Part shown: one piece after another, positions 20,354 to 30,154 of the stretch | Numbering within the stretch: the first letter of the stretch is position 1 | Layout: every line of letters starts with the position of its first letter | DNA from: a virus | Taxonomy: Duplodnaviria; Caudoviricetes | Length of the DNA stretch: 56,872 bases | Virus record (IMG/VR): IMGVR_UViG_3300046170_000355 | Span: 1-56,872 of that record | Reading direction: 5' to 3' (one strand) | Translations under genes and position numbers: made by a program | Notes under the pieces: model-generated | What the model was told of the DNA's origin: nothing | What the model saw: the letters and a program-made list of their open reading frames with translations, nothing else | The model's database searches: none

Positions 20354-20905
20354 ATGAAACACAAAAAAACATTGGTATCTCAATTTGTTCTTTGGGATTA
20401 TTTTCCAGTGCTGCAATCCTTAATTGATTTTGAAAAAGTAAAATTTAATGCTTTAAAAAATTATTGGGGAAATTATCGACAATCCGATAACATAAACGAT
20501 TGGAGACATAATTATTATAATCTATCTGATGATAAAAATATTACTTGGATAGTAGATTATGTAAGGGACTCTTATAACTTAATATCAAAAAATCCTTTGA
20601 GACCCATACAAAGAAATAGAAGTGTAGTTCTTTCTCAGAATGAAAGTTTAAATACACATAATCATATAGACCCTTATAACTTAGAAGGATCTCCTATAAT
20701 TTCAGGAGTTTTTACTTCTCAAATAGGAAAAAATAAAGTAAACTTAGTTATAGAATATGAGACAGGAAAATTAAAGTCTAAGAAAATTAGAATTCCAATG
20801 GAAACAAATAAAATTATTTTGTTTAATTCAGAGTTAAATCATTATTATGAGGTCAACAATAACAAAGAACATTTAATAAATGTTTGTTTTAGTTTTTCTC
20901 AATAA
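20354..20905 (+). CDS. 2OG-Fe(II) oxygenase-like protein
   Basis: HNH ... FNSELNH double-stranded beta-helix pattern. Confidence 0.6.
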   Translation: MKHKKTLVSQFVLWDYFPVLQSLIDFEKVKFNALKNYWGNYRQSDNINDWRHNYYNLSDDKNITWIVDYVRDSYNLISKNPLRPIQRNRSVVLSQNESLNTHNHIDPYNLEGSPIISGVFTSQIGKNKVNLVIEYETGKLKSKKIRIPMETNKIILFNSELNHYYEVNNNKEHLINVCFSFSQ

Positions 20906-21534
20906 TGAACCTTGATAGTTATTACTATATCTTTGAAGAAGCTTTAACAGAAAAGTTTTGTGATGATCTTATTCGATATGGTGAAGAACAAACACAAGAA
21001 ATTGCTTTAACAGGAAATTTTGATGGATCTCCTAGTAAAATAACAAACGAAAAAGACATAGCAAAATTATATAAAACAAGAAATTCGTCTATTATATGGA
21101 TGAATGAACCTTGGATTTACAGACAAATACATCCTTACATTAATGAAGCTAATAAAATATGTAATTGGAACTTTGATTGGGAATTTTCTGAATCTGCACA
21201 ATGGACTAAATATTCTAAATCACAACACTATACTTGGCATCAAGATGCTTTTAGTAAACCATACAATAGACCACGCTCTCCAGATCATGGATTAGTTAGA
21301 AAATTATCTGTAACTGTTTCTTTAGAAGACGGTGACGAATACCAAGGAGGAGATTTAGAATTTAGTATTGAAGGAGATAGGTATAGTACAAATAGAATAA
21401 TAAAGGCTAAAGAAGCTAGAAAAAAAGGAACTATTACTATTTTTCCTTCTTTCGTATGGCATCGAGTAACCCCTGTAACACAAGGAACTCGTTATTCTTT
21501 AGTTATTTGGAATTTAGGTTTTCCATTTAAATAG
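20905..21534 (+). CDS. 2OG-Fe(II) oxygenase (prolyl hydroxylase-like)
   Basis: WHQD, RKLS, YQGGDL, FPSFVWHRVTPVTQGTRYSLV. Confidence 0.9.
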   Translation: MNLDSYYYIFEEALTEKFCDDLIRYGEEQTQEIALTGNFDGSPSKITNEKDIAKLYKTRNSSIIWMNEPWIYRQIHPYINEANKICNWNFDWEFSESAQWTKYSKSQHYTWHQDAFSKPYNRPRSPDHGLVRKLSVTVSLEDGDEYQGGDLEFSIEGDRYSTNRIIKAKEARKKGTITIFPSFVWHRVTPVTQGTRYSLVIWNLGFPFK

Positions 21535-21543
21535 GAGATTGAA

Positions 21544-22197
21544 ATGAAAAAAAAGAAAAAAGAACCAATATCAAAATTTTTTAAAGACAATAATTATATT
21601 ATTGTAACAGGAGCAGTTCCTTTTGAATTAGTTAATTTTATTTATATCTATTTTCAAAATAAAAGAACAGCAGCTAACTACTTGTATCAAAATAAACTTA
21701 TTTCTCCCTATGATGAAGCGTGGGGAAATTGGAACGATACTCAAATGCCAAACACTTATTCTCATTACGCTGATCCTGTAATGGAAACTTTAATGCTAAA
21801 GCAGTTACCTATTATGAATCAAGTAACGGGATTAGAATTATTACCCACTTACACCTATGGTAGGATTTATAAAAACGGTGATACTTTAGAAAGACACAAA
21901 GATAGGCCTTCTTGCGAAATATCTTGTACTATTAATTTAGGTGGAGATGCTTGGCCAATTTTTTTGGAACCTTCTGGAAAGGAAGGAGCTGAAGGAATTA
22001 GTGTAAATTTAAAACCTGGAGATATGTTAGCTTATCGAGGAACTCATGTAGAACATTGGAGAGAGTCTTTTCAAGGATATGACTGTGGACAAGTTTTCTG
22101 TCACTACAATGATTCCAATGGAAAATTTAAAAATGAAAATATGTTTGATGGAAGACCCATGATATGTCTACCAGCTTATGTAAAAAATAAAATATGA
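21544..22197 (+). CDS. 2OG-Fe(II) oxygenase-like protein
   Basis: HKDRPSCEIS, YRG...EHWR, QVFCHY. Confidence 0.8.
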   Translation: MKKKKKEPISKFFKDNNYIIVTGAVPFELVNFIYIYFQNKRTAANYLYQNKLISPYDEAWGNWNDTQMPNTYSHYADPVMETLMLKQLPIMNQVTGLELLPTYTYGRIYKNGDTLERHKDRPSCEISCTINLGGDAWPIFLEPSGKEGAEGISVNLKPGDMLAYRGTHVEHWRESFQGYDCGQVFCHYNDSNGKFKNENMFDGRPMICLPAYVKNKI

Positions 22198-23009
22198 TTA
22201 AACCAGAAGAACTGAAAGATAAAAATTTTAAAATATTTTTAGGTATGCCCATGTATGGTGGTATGGTCTCAGAGGCAACAGTGCATGGATTATTAGAGAT
22301 ACAACAATGGTCAATGGCCAAAGGTGTTGGTCTTAGATTTCAATCTATGGGTAATGAAAGTTTAATAACTCGAGCCCGTAATACAATTGTTTCTATGATG
22401 ATGGATGATAAAGATTTTATAGCTACACACTTACTATTTATTGATGCTGATATTGGTTTCAACTGGCAAAACATTGAAAGATTATTATGTGTAGATAAAG
22501 ATATAGCTTGTGGTATTTATCCCAGAAAACATCTTTATTTAGAAAAGGTAAAAGGAATTTTAGAAGAAAATCCAAATGCTACTCCTGATGATATTGAAGC
22601 TAGGGCTTTAGGATACAATGTAAACTTTGATGACCCTTTAAATTTAAAAGGTGAGGGAGGTTTTTTTCCAGTACAAGAAGCAGCCACAGGTATGATGCTT
22701 GTGAAAAGAGAAGTATTTAGAACTATGATGAAGAAGTTTCCTGAAAGAAAATATGAGTCTGATCAAATTGTTAATGGTGGATCTTATAAGTCTGATAACT
22801 GTTATGACTTGTTTGCTGTTGGACCATACAAAACAAAGACAAAAGAGGGTCAACCACAAATAAGATATCTATCCGAAGATTATTATTTCTCTCGTTTATG
22901 GCAGGAGTGTGGCGGGCAGATTTGGGCTGACTTAGCTATGCCTCTAACTCACTTTGGTAATAGAGCGTTTAGAGGCCATGTTGGGACTCTAGTCGCTAAA
23001 AAAGATTGA
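22194..23009 (+). CDS. GT-A fold glycosyltransferase-like protein
   Basis: ITRARN, LLFIDADIGF (DxD), ATGMMLVKR, SEDYYF. Confidence 0.75.
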   Translation: MIKPEELKDKNFKIFLGMPMYGGMVSEATVHGLLEIQQWSMAKGVGLRFQSMGNESLITRARNTIVSMMMDDKDFIATHLLFIDADIGFNWQNIERLLCVDKDIACGIYPRKHLYLEKVKGILEENPNATPDDIEARALGYNVNFDDPLNLKGEGGFFPVQEAATGMMLVKREVFRTMMKKFPERKYESDQIVNGGSYKSDNCYDLFAVGPYKTKTKEGQPQIRYLSEDYYFSRLWQECGGQIWADLAMPLTHFGNRAFRGHVGTLVAKKD

Positions 23010-23521
23010 ATAAGTTCTTACAAATAAATTATGAATTCTTGCCTTATGTTCAAGACATTTACGAAATATGTAAAAACAAAATAAAGTTATATAACTATAA
23101 AAAACACCCAGACTACATTACTCCAAATACTAAATGGCCAGGTTTAAGATCTCAAAAACTTAATCATATCGAACCTTTTTTACATTTGTTGGCATTAAAA
23201 GAAGCCGAAAATAAATTTACATTTGATCCTAAAGCATACAGAGAAATACATAGCTACGTACATTTGAGATCAGAAGAATCAAACGATGGAGAATTTATAC
23301 ATCAAGATACTTGTGACACTATGTTAATATATCTTTCTGATACTAATTTAACATCAGGAACTCGTTTTTATAGTAATCAACAAGAACCCATATCCGAAGT
23401 TAATTTTGTTCAAAACACAGCTATTTATTTTGATGGAAGTATATTTCATGGTTCTCTTAAAAATTACGGAGATTCTGTTAACAATGGAAGAATGACTATT
23501 AATATTTTTTGTTTTCGTTAG
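23006..23521 (+). CDS. 2OG-Fe(II) oxygenase-like protein
   Basis: WPGLRS, IHQD, LIYL, SGTRFY, FHGS, R-x-T. Confidence 0.7.
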   Translation: MNKFLQINYEFLPYVQDIYEICKNKIKLYNYKKHPDYITPNTKWPGLRSQKLNHIEPFLHLLALKEAENKFTFDPKAYREIHSYVHLRSEESNDGEFIHQDTCDTMLIYLSDTNLTSGTRFYSNQQEPISEVNFVQNTAIYFDGSIFHGSLKNYGDSVNNGRMTINIFCFR

Positions 23522-23529
23522 CTAATAAT

Positions 23530-24147
23530 ATGATCGCTCAAAAATTAAACAACATAGGATATATTTTGGATGATGTACCTAAACCCTTGTTAAAAAAATT
23601 AAACAAAATTGTACAAGAAAAAAAATTGGAATCGCATAATGAAAGTTTAGCGGGTAACATAAAAAAAGAATTTGTAATACCAAAAGCAAAACCTGTTTTT
23701 GATAAATACTTGTTTAAATTAATTCAAAAATTTGAAGATTCTTTTAATTTTTTAGATACTCCTCTTAGTTTTTTTTCCAACAATGATGTTCCATTAAAGT
23801 TAGATAATATGTGGGTTAACTTTCAAGAAAAACATGAATTTAATCCTATTCATACACATAAGGGGGTGTATAGTTTTGCTTTATGGTTAAAGGTTCCTTA
23901 TGATATCGAAGATGAAAAAAAATACGGTCCTGGTAAAAAAAGTAATACTAATGTACCAGGGGTTTTTTCTTTTTATTATACCAATAGTTTAGGAAGAATT
24001 TGCACAGTAGATCTCGAAGTGGATAAAACTTGGGAAGGTAAAATTGCTTTTTTCCCTGCCAACATGCCTCATTCCGTGAATCCTTTTTACACCTCTGATG
24101 ATTACAGAATATCTGTTTCTGGAAATATTGCATTTGACACAGCTTAA
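23530..24147 (+). CDS. 2OG-Fe(II) oxygenase-like protein
   Basis: WVNFQ..HEFNPIHTH, FFPANMPHSV, RISVSGN; start uncertain. Confidence 0.8.
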   Translation: MIAQKLNNIGYILDDVPKPLLKKLNKIVQEKKLESHNESLAGNIKKEFVIPKAKPVFDKYLFKLIQKFEDSFNFLDTPLSFFSNNDVPLKLDNMWVNFQEKHEFNPIHTHKGVYSFALWLKVPYDIEDEKKYGPGKKSNTNVPGVFSFYYTNSLGRICTVDLEVDKTWEGKIAFFPANMPHSVNPFYTSDDYRISVSGNIAFDTA

Positions 24148-24201
24148 CTATGAAATAGAATATCTATAGATTTTGTAAAAAATCCATAGTATATTGGCAA
24201 A

Positions 24202-26028
24202 ATGCCATTAGTAAATTTTAGACCAGCTCCCGGTATCAATAAAGAAGTAACCGACTACACAGGCGAAGGCAAGTGGACAGACGGTGATAATGTACGCTTT
24301 TTTCAGGGATTACCTCAAAAAATTAAAGGATGGGAGAAGTTTATCTCCACAACCTTGGTGGGTGTTGCTCGTGATATGCATGCATGGGTGGCTTTAGATG
24401 GTACCAGATACAATGCTATTGGCACTGATAGAAAATTATATGTTCTTGAAGAAGGACTAGCTTACGACATCACTCCTATTAGAGAGACACAGGCTTTAAC
24501 TAATCCCTTTACTACAAATGCAACCACATCTGTTGTTGTGACAGATACAACTCATGGAGCAACGAAAGGCGACTTTGTTACTTTTGATTCTTTCTCAGCT
24601 ATTGATGGCTTAGATATGAATAAAGAATTTGAAATTACATCAATTGCTAATACCGATGCCTATGTAGTGACAACAACCGCGGCTGCCTCAGGATCAACAG
24701 CAAATGGTGGTGGTTCTGGTAATGCTAAATATCAAATATCAATTGGACCTGAAACATCTGTACCCGCTTTTGGTTGGGGAACAGACACGTGGGGAGCTTC
24801 AACTTGGGGTACACCAAGATCCACCTCTAATGTCACACTAGAGGCAAGACAATGGTCACTTGATAACTTCGGTGAAGATTTAATTGCAACAGTTTTAAAT
24901 GGTGGCGCCTTTAGGTGGGATACATCAACAGGTGTAAGCACAAGAGCGGCTGCTATATCAGGTGCACCAACCGCATCAAGAATAAGTTTAGTTTCAACTC
25001 CTGATAGACATTTACTTTTTATGGGAACAGAAAATACAATTGGCACACCCAATTCACAAGACGATTTATTAATAAGATTTTCAAGTCAAGAGGATATTAC
25101 TACATATCAACCTACAGCAGAAAATACTGCTGGTTCATTGAGAATTGCTGACGGATCACGAATCGTGGCAGCAGAGCGATCAAGAGGTCAAATACTTGTA
25201 TGGACAGATACATCATTGCATTCAATGCAGTTTATTGGTCCTCCTTTTACTTTTGGTTTACGACAATTAGGTCAAAACTGTGGAATCATTGGTAGTCATG
25301 CGGGGATTGATTTGAACGGTGTTGCCTATTGGATGTCGCAAGATTCTTTTTATCTTTTTGATGGTACAGTTAAAAAACTACCATGTACCGTGGAACAGTT
25401 TGTTTTTGACAATATTAATATAACAGGATCTGAAAATGCTTTTGTAGGTCACAACGGTGAGTTCAATGAAGTGTTATGGTTTTACCCAAGAACAGGATCT
25501 GACACAATTAACGCAGTAGTGGCTTATAACTATCTAGAGCAAACCTGGTGGACAGGAACACTAGATAGAACAACTTGGATTGATAGAGAAGTCTATGATA
25601 ACCCTGTAGCCTCGGACTACTTACCAACGACCACGGCCAACAATGAAGTTATCTCTGGTTTAACTGATGGTGCCACTCAAATGTTTTTACATGAGACAGG
25701 AAATAATGCAGATGGTCAAGCCATGACCGCTTTTGTCAAATCAGGATCTGTAGAAATAGGTGATGGTAATGATATTCTTTTTGTACAAAAACTAATACCT
25801 GATATTCAAAATCAAGAAGGTACTTTAAACATGAAATTAGAATTTAAATATTATCCAAACAATACGACAAGTGTCATTAAGACAGCAACCTTTACTGATA
25901 CTACAGAGTTTGTAAGCTTACGAGGAAGAGGTAGAGAATTTACAGTCAACGTTGTCTCTAATACAACAGGTACCTCTTGGAGATTAGGAACACAACGTTT
26001 TGATATACAACCCGATGGTAGAAGATAA
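24202..26028 (+). CDS. Tail hub / packaged-DNA stabilisation protein (P22 gp10-like)
   Basis: 608-aa beta-rich protein, WSLDNFGEDL, LIRFSSQED, C-terminal RGRGR...WRLG...QPDGRR. Confidence 0.75.
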   Translation: MPLVNFRPAPGINKEVTDYTGEGKWTDGDNVRFFQGLPQKIKGWEKFISTTLVGVARDMHAWVALDGTRYNAIGTDRKLYVLEEGLAYDITPIRETQALTNPFTTNATTSVVVTDTTHGATKGDFVTFDSFSAIDGLDMNKEFEITSIANTDAYVVTTTAAASGSTANGGGSGNAKYQISIGPETSVPAFGWGTDTWGASTWGTPRSTSNVTLEARQWSLDNFGEDLIATVLNGGAFRWDTSTGVSTRAAAISGAPTASRISLVSTPDRHLLFMGTENTIGTPNSQDDLLIRFSSQEDITTYQPTAENTAGSLRIADGSRIVAAERSRGQILVWTDTSLHSMQFIGPPFTFGLRQLGQNCGIIGSHAGIDLNGVAYWMSQDSFYLFDGTVKKLPCTVEQFVFDNINITGSENAFVGHNGEFNEVLWFYPRTGSDTINAVVAYNYLEQTWWTGTLDRTTWIDREVYDNPVASDYLPTTTANNEVISGLTDGATQMFLHETGNNADGQAMTAFVKSGSVEIGDGNDILFVQKLIPDIQNQEGTLNMKLEFKYYPNNTTSVIKTATFTDTTEFVSLRGRGREFTVNVVSNTTGTSWRLGTQRFDIQPDGRR

Positions 26029-26365
26029 AAATCAAAAAGAAATTATTAAGATCTACAACGACTTGAAATTAAAACCTTATAAAAAAACTAATTTGGAAGG
26101 TGTGGATATCTATTATGAAGACAAGAAATATTTAAGAATTCATCCCAAATCTTTAGTAAATCTTACTCCAGGAAACATACTAATAATTTTAAAAAAAACA
26201 AAAAAATGGGTAGCACAAATTATTGAAACATTAAAGGATACAACCTTAATAAATGAAACTAATCAATTTATGTATGTTACATTAGATAAATCTTTATTAG
26301 ATAAGGAAGAGAAACAATTAAAATTTACTATAAAACAAGGAATTTCAAATAATGAACTTTTCTAG
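26015..26365 (+). CDS. Hypothetical protein
   Basis: AT-rich ORF overlapping both neighbours. Confidence 0.55.
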   Translation: MVEDKNQKEIIKIYNDLKLKPYKKTNLEGVDIYYEDKKYLRIHPKSLVNLTPGNILIILKKTKKWVAQIIETLKDTTLINETNQFMYVTLDKSLLDKEEKQLKFTIKQGISNNELF

Positions 26366-26900
26366 TTCTTTTTTGTATAAGTTTATTAAAAATAAAAAAG
26401 TAAATATTAATGAAAAAGATATTTATGAAAGATTAAAAGACAGATTACGTTGGCCAAGAACTTATACTTGGGGACAGCCTTCAATTGAAATAATAATAAA
26501 CAATAATAATAAATTACATGAAGAGATTTTTAAAGAAGACGGTTATTTAAACGTAAGTAAATGCATTGAATTAGTAAAGGAGGGACATACTTGTATTTTA
26601 TCTAATATTGGTTATTTCAATAAAGATACAACCGATATTCAAGATAAACTTAACTTAGAGTTTGGAAATATAAATTGTAATTTTTATTTCGGTAATGGTA
26701 AAAAATCTGTCTCTTTTGACAAACATCGACATTCTTATCCTGTGATAGTTAAAAATATATTTGGTCAGTCTAAATGGATTATTAATAAAAAAGAACTTAC
26801 GCTTAAAAAGCAAGAGGTAATTTTCTTTGATAAAAATATTGATCATCAAGTTGTAGATATAAACAAACCCAAACTATCAATGACTTGTAATATAAAATGA
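26352..26900 (+). CDS. Cupin/JmjC-like protein
   Basis: NFYFG..SFDKHRH...G.SKW...HQV pattern. Confidence 0.6.
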   Translation: MNFSSSFLYKFIKNKKVNINEKDIYERLKDRLRWPRTYTWGQPSIEIIINNNNKLHEEIFKEDGYLNVSKCIELVKEGHTCILSNIGYFNKDTTDIQDKLNLEFGNINCNFYFGNGKKSVSFDKHRHSYPVIVKNIFGQSKWIINKKELTLKKQEVIFFDKNIDHQVVDINKPKLSMTCNIK

Positions 26901-27328
26901 ATAAATTTTTTACTTGTGTAGATAACTATATTTCTGATGAAGAGTGTCTAAAGTATATTAACACTTACAATGACAACATAGCTTCGTCCTACATATATAA
27001 TAATACAAAACCTCTTCCTATAGCTTCCGATCACACTGTTCAAAAAATATATAATGATTTTAATATTCAAAATAGATTAGATAATTTAGAAATTGTTATG
27101 AGAGAAAAAGGCTCTTTTATGGACAATCATTTTGATACTGGAGATAGTTTAGCTTTTATACTTTATTTAAACAATGATCTAAAAGGAGGACAAACTGTTT
27201 TTGAAAATGAGACAGTGATTTACCCTAAAGTAGGTAGATTGATTTTATTTTCAAATGGTCAAATTTTACATAAGGTAAAAAAGATAACTCAAGGTAAAAG
27301 GTATGTTCTTGCAGGATGGTTTATCTAA
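26897..27328 (+). CDS. 2OG-Fe(II) oxygenase
   Basis: HFD, ILYLN, GGQTVF, LHKV, GKRYVLAGW. Confidence 0.85.
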   Translation: MNKFFTCVDNYISDEECLKYINTYNDNIASSYIYNNTKPLPIASDHTVQKIYNDFNIQNRLDNLEIVMREKGSFMDNHFDTGDSLAFILYLNNDLKGGQTVFENETVIYPKVGRLILFSNGQILHKVKKITQGKRYVLAGWFI

Positions 27329-27343
27329 CGATATAGTTATATA

Positions 27344-27511
27344 ATGGCAAAATTAATATTACAAAGATTTCCTGATCCTAGACCTGAGTATGATGCTCAA
27401 CAGTCTGCTGAATTAATTCGACAATTAGAGGAAATGATACAACAATTAAATACTCAATATACACAAGACACTCAAGAGGAGTCCACAAGAAGAGTGTGGT
27501 TTTTTAGATAG
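27344..27511 (+). CDS. Small protein (55 aa, MAKLILQRFPDPRPEYD...)
   Basis: Hand-translated; abuts the next ATG at 27512. Confidence 0.65.
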   Translation: MAKLILQRFPDPRPEYDAQQSAELIRQLEEMIQQLNTQYTQDTQEESTRRVWFFR

Positions 27512-27865
27512 ATGGCTGACGTATTTAAAAGGTTTACACAAAAAGCAGCTAACACTGCAGCTATAACAATTTTTACAGTTCCTGTTGCAAATGTGGCAGC
27601 AACTCCTCCAACACCTGTTTCTACCTTTATAGTTCAAACGATAGTTCTTCATAATGATTCAGGATCAGGCACTGTTAATGTTAAAATTACTCATAACAAT
27701 GGATCTACTGACGTAGAGATCAACAACATTGATGTAGCTCATGGATCTACTCAACAACTTAATGGTCCTTTTGTGTATGAGGGTGGAGACTCTTTAAAGA
27801 TTCAAGCGTCTTCAACAGATCTCACCTCTGATATATCTGTATTAGAAGTCAAGCAACAGCAATAA
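27512..27865 (+). CDS. Putative virion structural protein
   Basis: Beta-rich, GDSLKIQAS. Confidence 0.65.
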   Translation: MADVFKRFTQKAANTAAITIFTVPVANVAATPPTPVSTFIVQTIVLHNDSGSGTVNVKITHNNGSTDVEINNIDVAHGSTQQLNGPFVYEGGDSLKIQASSTDLTSDISVLEVKQQQ

Positions 27866-27905
27866 ACCTATTGATTTCCTAGCTTTCTATCTATAAAAAT
27901 AGAGT

Positions 27906-28157
27906 ATGGCAAAGATTGTAGATGAGCCAAAGATTTTGCGTTATGACGTGATCAATGGTGAAAAAATTCCTGTGTATAGTGCAAAAGTAGAGACAACTGT
28001 CACTAACACTAAAACAGGTCAAGAGTATACTTCACACGAGGATTGTCAGGCAGATATTGACAATCCAGATACAGACACAACAGAAGCAGATATTAGAAGA
28101 GATGTTCACGTAACAGCTCCCAATGTATTTGCAGGGGCACATACGTTGCCAGAGTAA
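27906..28157 (+). CDS. Hypothetical protein
   Basis: TNTKTGQEY...ADIDNP...IRRDV. Confidence 0.7.
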   Translation: MAKIVDEPKILRYDVINGEKIPVYSAKVETTVTNTKTGQEYTSHEDCQADIDNPDTDTTEADIRRDVHVTAPNVFAGAHTLPE

Positions 28158-28163
28158 AAAATT

Positions 28164-29231
28164 ATGCAAGAAAAGGAATACGCACAGGTTTATGAAATGG
28201 GTCTCGGATCGCTGATCGGTGACTTCTTTCAAAATGTTAAGGACACAGTTTCTGGTGTTGCCAAAGCAGTAGCACCTATCGCTCCTTATGTATTACCTTT
28301 TATTCCGGGTATAGGTCCTATAGCTAAACTAGGTATAGGTGCGGGTATTAATTTAGCAGCAGGACAAAAACCTGCTGATGTTGCAAAAAATTTAGCTTTA
28401 CAAGCAGCACTCACAGGGATCACTGGTGGATTTAAAGGAACAGCAACTAAAGCCCCTATTGCTACAGGTGCACCTACGGTAAGTGCTGATCAAGCTTACA
28501 GAAATGAGTTATTAAGTTTTTTTGATGAAAAAGTTCCGGGTATAGTTAAGACTCCAGGTATTGAAAGCATAACACAAGACCCTACTTTTTTTGAAAAATT
28601 AGGTGGAACGACTAAAGACTTTTTTACAGATGGTTATGGAGCAAGATTAAATCCTTTTAGTCAAGCTTCTAAATTTAAATTAAATTCTGCTTATGCAGGT
28701 ATGGATCAAGCCCTTATTGATAAGATTATAAAGAACCCCTTTGCCCCAGAATATTCTAGTTTTGTCAGCAAGTTTGGTATGCCTATGTTAGAGAGAGGTA
28801 TTGCAGGTCAGATTGGTCCATTAGTTGCTGCGGGTAGTGCGTTTGCACCTTTTGTGTTACCTCAACCTAAAGTAGATGATACTGATTATGTTCAACAGGC
28901 AAGGGACGATTTTCAAATTCGTTACTCCGCGGACGGCGGACCAGTGACCGGGTTTGCTGCAGGTAGTGGTCAAAAAATAGAACACCCTGATGGCAAAGTA
29001 AAAGAACATCCAAAGCGTATCGGTGAAATTGCAGGAGCTGGAACGGGAACTTCTGATGATATTCCTGCAATGCTATCGGATGGAGAATTCGTCATGACCG
29101 CTCAAGCTGTGAGAAACGCGGGCGGCGGATCGCGGAAAGCGGGAGCAAAGAATATGTATAAATTAATGAAAAGTTTAGAAAAAGGTGGTAGTTTATCTGA
29201 ACAAAGTATGGGCATGGTAGGGAGAGCATAA
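28164..29231 (+). CDS. Putative internal virion/ejection protein
   Basis: Amphipathic N-terminus; GAGTGTSDDIPAMLSDGEFVMTAQAV motif. Confidence 0.7.
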   Translation: MQEKEYAQVYEMGLGSLIGDFFQNVKDTVSGVAKAVAPIAPYVLPFIPGIGPIAKLGIGAGINLAAGQKPADVAKNLALQAALTGITGGFKGTATKAPIATGAPTVSADQAYRNELLSFFDEKVPGIVKTPGIESITQDPTFFEKLGGTTKDFFTDGYGARLNPFSQASKFKLNSAYAGMDQALIDKIIKNPFAPEYSSFVSKFGMPMLERGIAGQIGPLVAAGSAFAPFVLPQPKVDDTDYVQQARDDFQIRYSADGGPVTGFAAGSGQKIEHPDGKVKEHPKRIGEIAGAGTGTSDDIPAMLSDGEFVMTAQAVRNAGGGSRKAGAKNMYKLMKSLEKGGSLSEQSMGMVGRA

Positions 29232-30154
29232 TGGAAGAAGAGATTCAAGGTAAATATTTAGGATACTTAGACAGTATCAAAGCTCTTCTTGATGATATTA
29301 AAGCGGGTAATGTCCAAGGAATTCCAGATCAAAAATTAGCTGAATTAAACGACCTTTATTCGAAAGCTCAAGATCAGTTTACTCAAGGTATTGGAGCCTT
29401 TGAACCCTATGTTCAAACAGGACAAGAAACAATGGCCGAGGGAGTATCATCTATTGGAGCAGGTCAAGAGGCTTTAGGTCAGGCTGCAGATATCTACAAA
29501 GGATTAGGAACTGCCCCTACAAGAGAACAAATAGATCCTTTTATCAACCCTTATCAATCAGCTATTCAAGATGAAATTAATCGTGCTTATGATATTGCTG
29601 CTAATCAAGCAAGCGCTAGTGCTATTGGAGCAGGTGCTTTTGGTGGTGGTCGTGAAGGTGTTCAAAGAGCTCAACAGGATAGAGACAGAGCAGGTGCTTT
29701 GGCTCAAGCGCAAGGACAGGCTTTTGAAAAAGGATTACAACAGTATTTAGCTTCTCAATCAGCCGCTGCTGGTGGCTTGGGAAATGTCGCTAGTCAGTTT
29801 GGTAGTTTTGGAACACAATTAGGTCAAGCAGGTGCAGGTCAAGCAGGTCTTGGTTTTGATGTACAAAAAGCAGGAATTGCTGATGTCAGCACTTTATTAG
29901 ATTTTGCAAACTTACAGCAACAACAACAACAAAAAGGTTTTGATGTTGATTATGCTAATCAATTGGCTCAGTATCAACGACCATTTACAGAATTAGGTTT
30001 CTTAGGATCAGGGTTTGGTTATGCTCCATCCATACCTTCTTTTAGCGCTGCTGGTGGTGGAGGATCTGTATCCCCTCTACAACAAATGATTGGTTATGGT
30101 TCATTAGGGTTAGGAGCTCTTAGTGGATTGAAAGGGATTCAAGGGTTGTTTTAA
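29231..30154 (+). CDS. Putative DNA ejection (pilot) protein
   Basis: Q/A/G-rich, FINPYQ, GAGAFGGGR. Confidence 0.7.
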   Translation: MEEEIQGKYLGYLDSIKALLDDIKAGNVQGIPDQKLAELNDLYSKAQDQFTQGIGAFEPYVQTGQETMAEGVSSIGAGQEALGQAADIYKGLGTAPTREQIDPFINPYQSAIQDEINRAYDIAANQASASAIGAGAFGGGREGVQRAQQDRDRAGALAQAQGQAFEKGLQQYLASQSAAAGGLGNVASQFGSFGTQLGQAGAGQAGLGFDVQKAGIADVSTLLDFANLQQQQQQKGFDVDYANQLAQYQRPFTELGFLGSGFGYAPSIPSFSAAGGGGSVSPLQQMIGYGSLGLGALSGLKGIQGLF

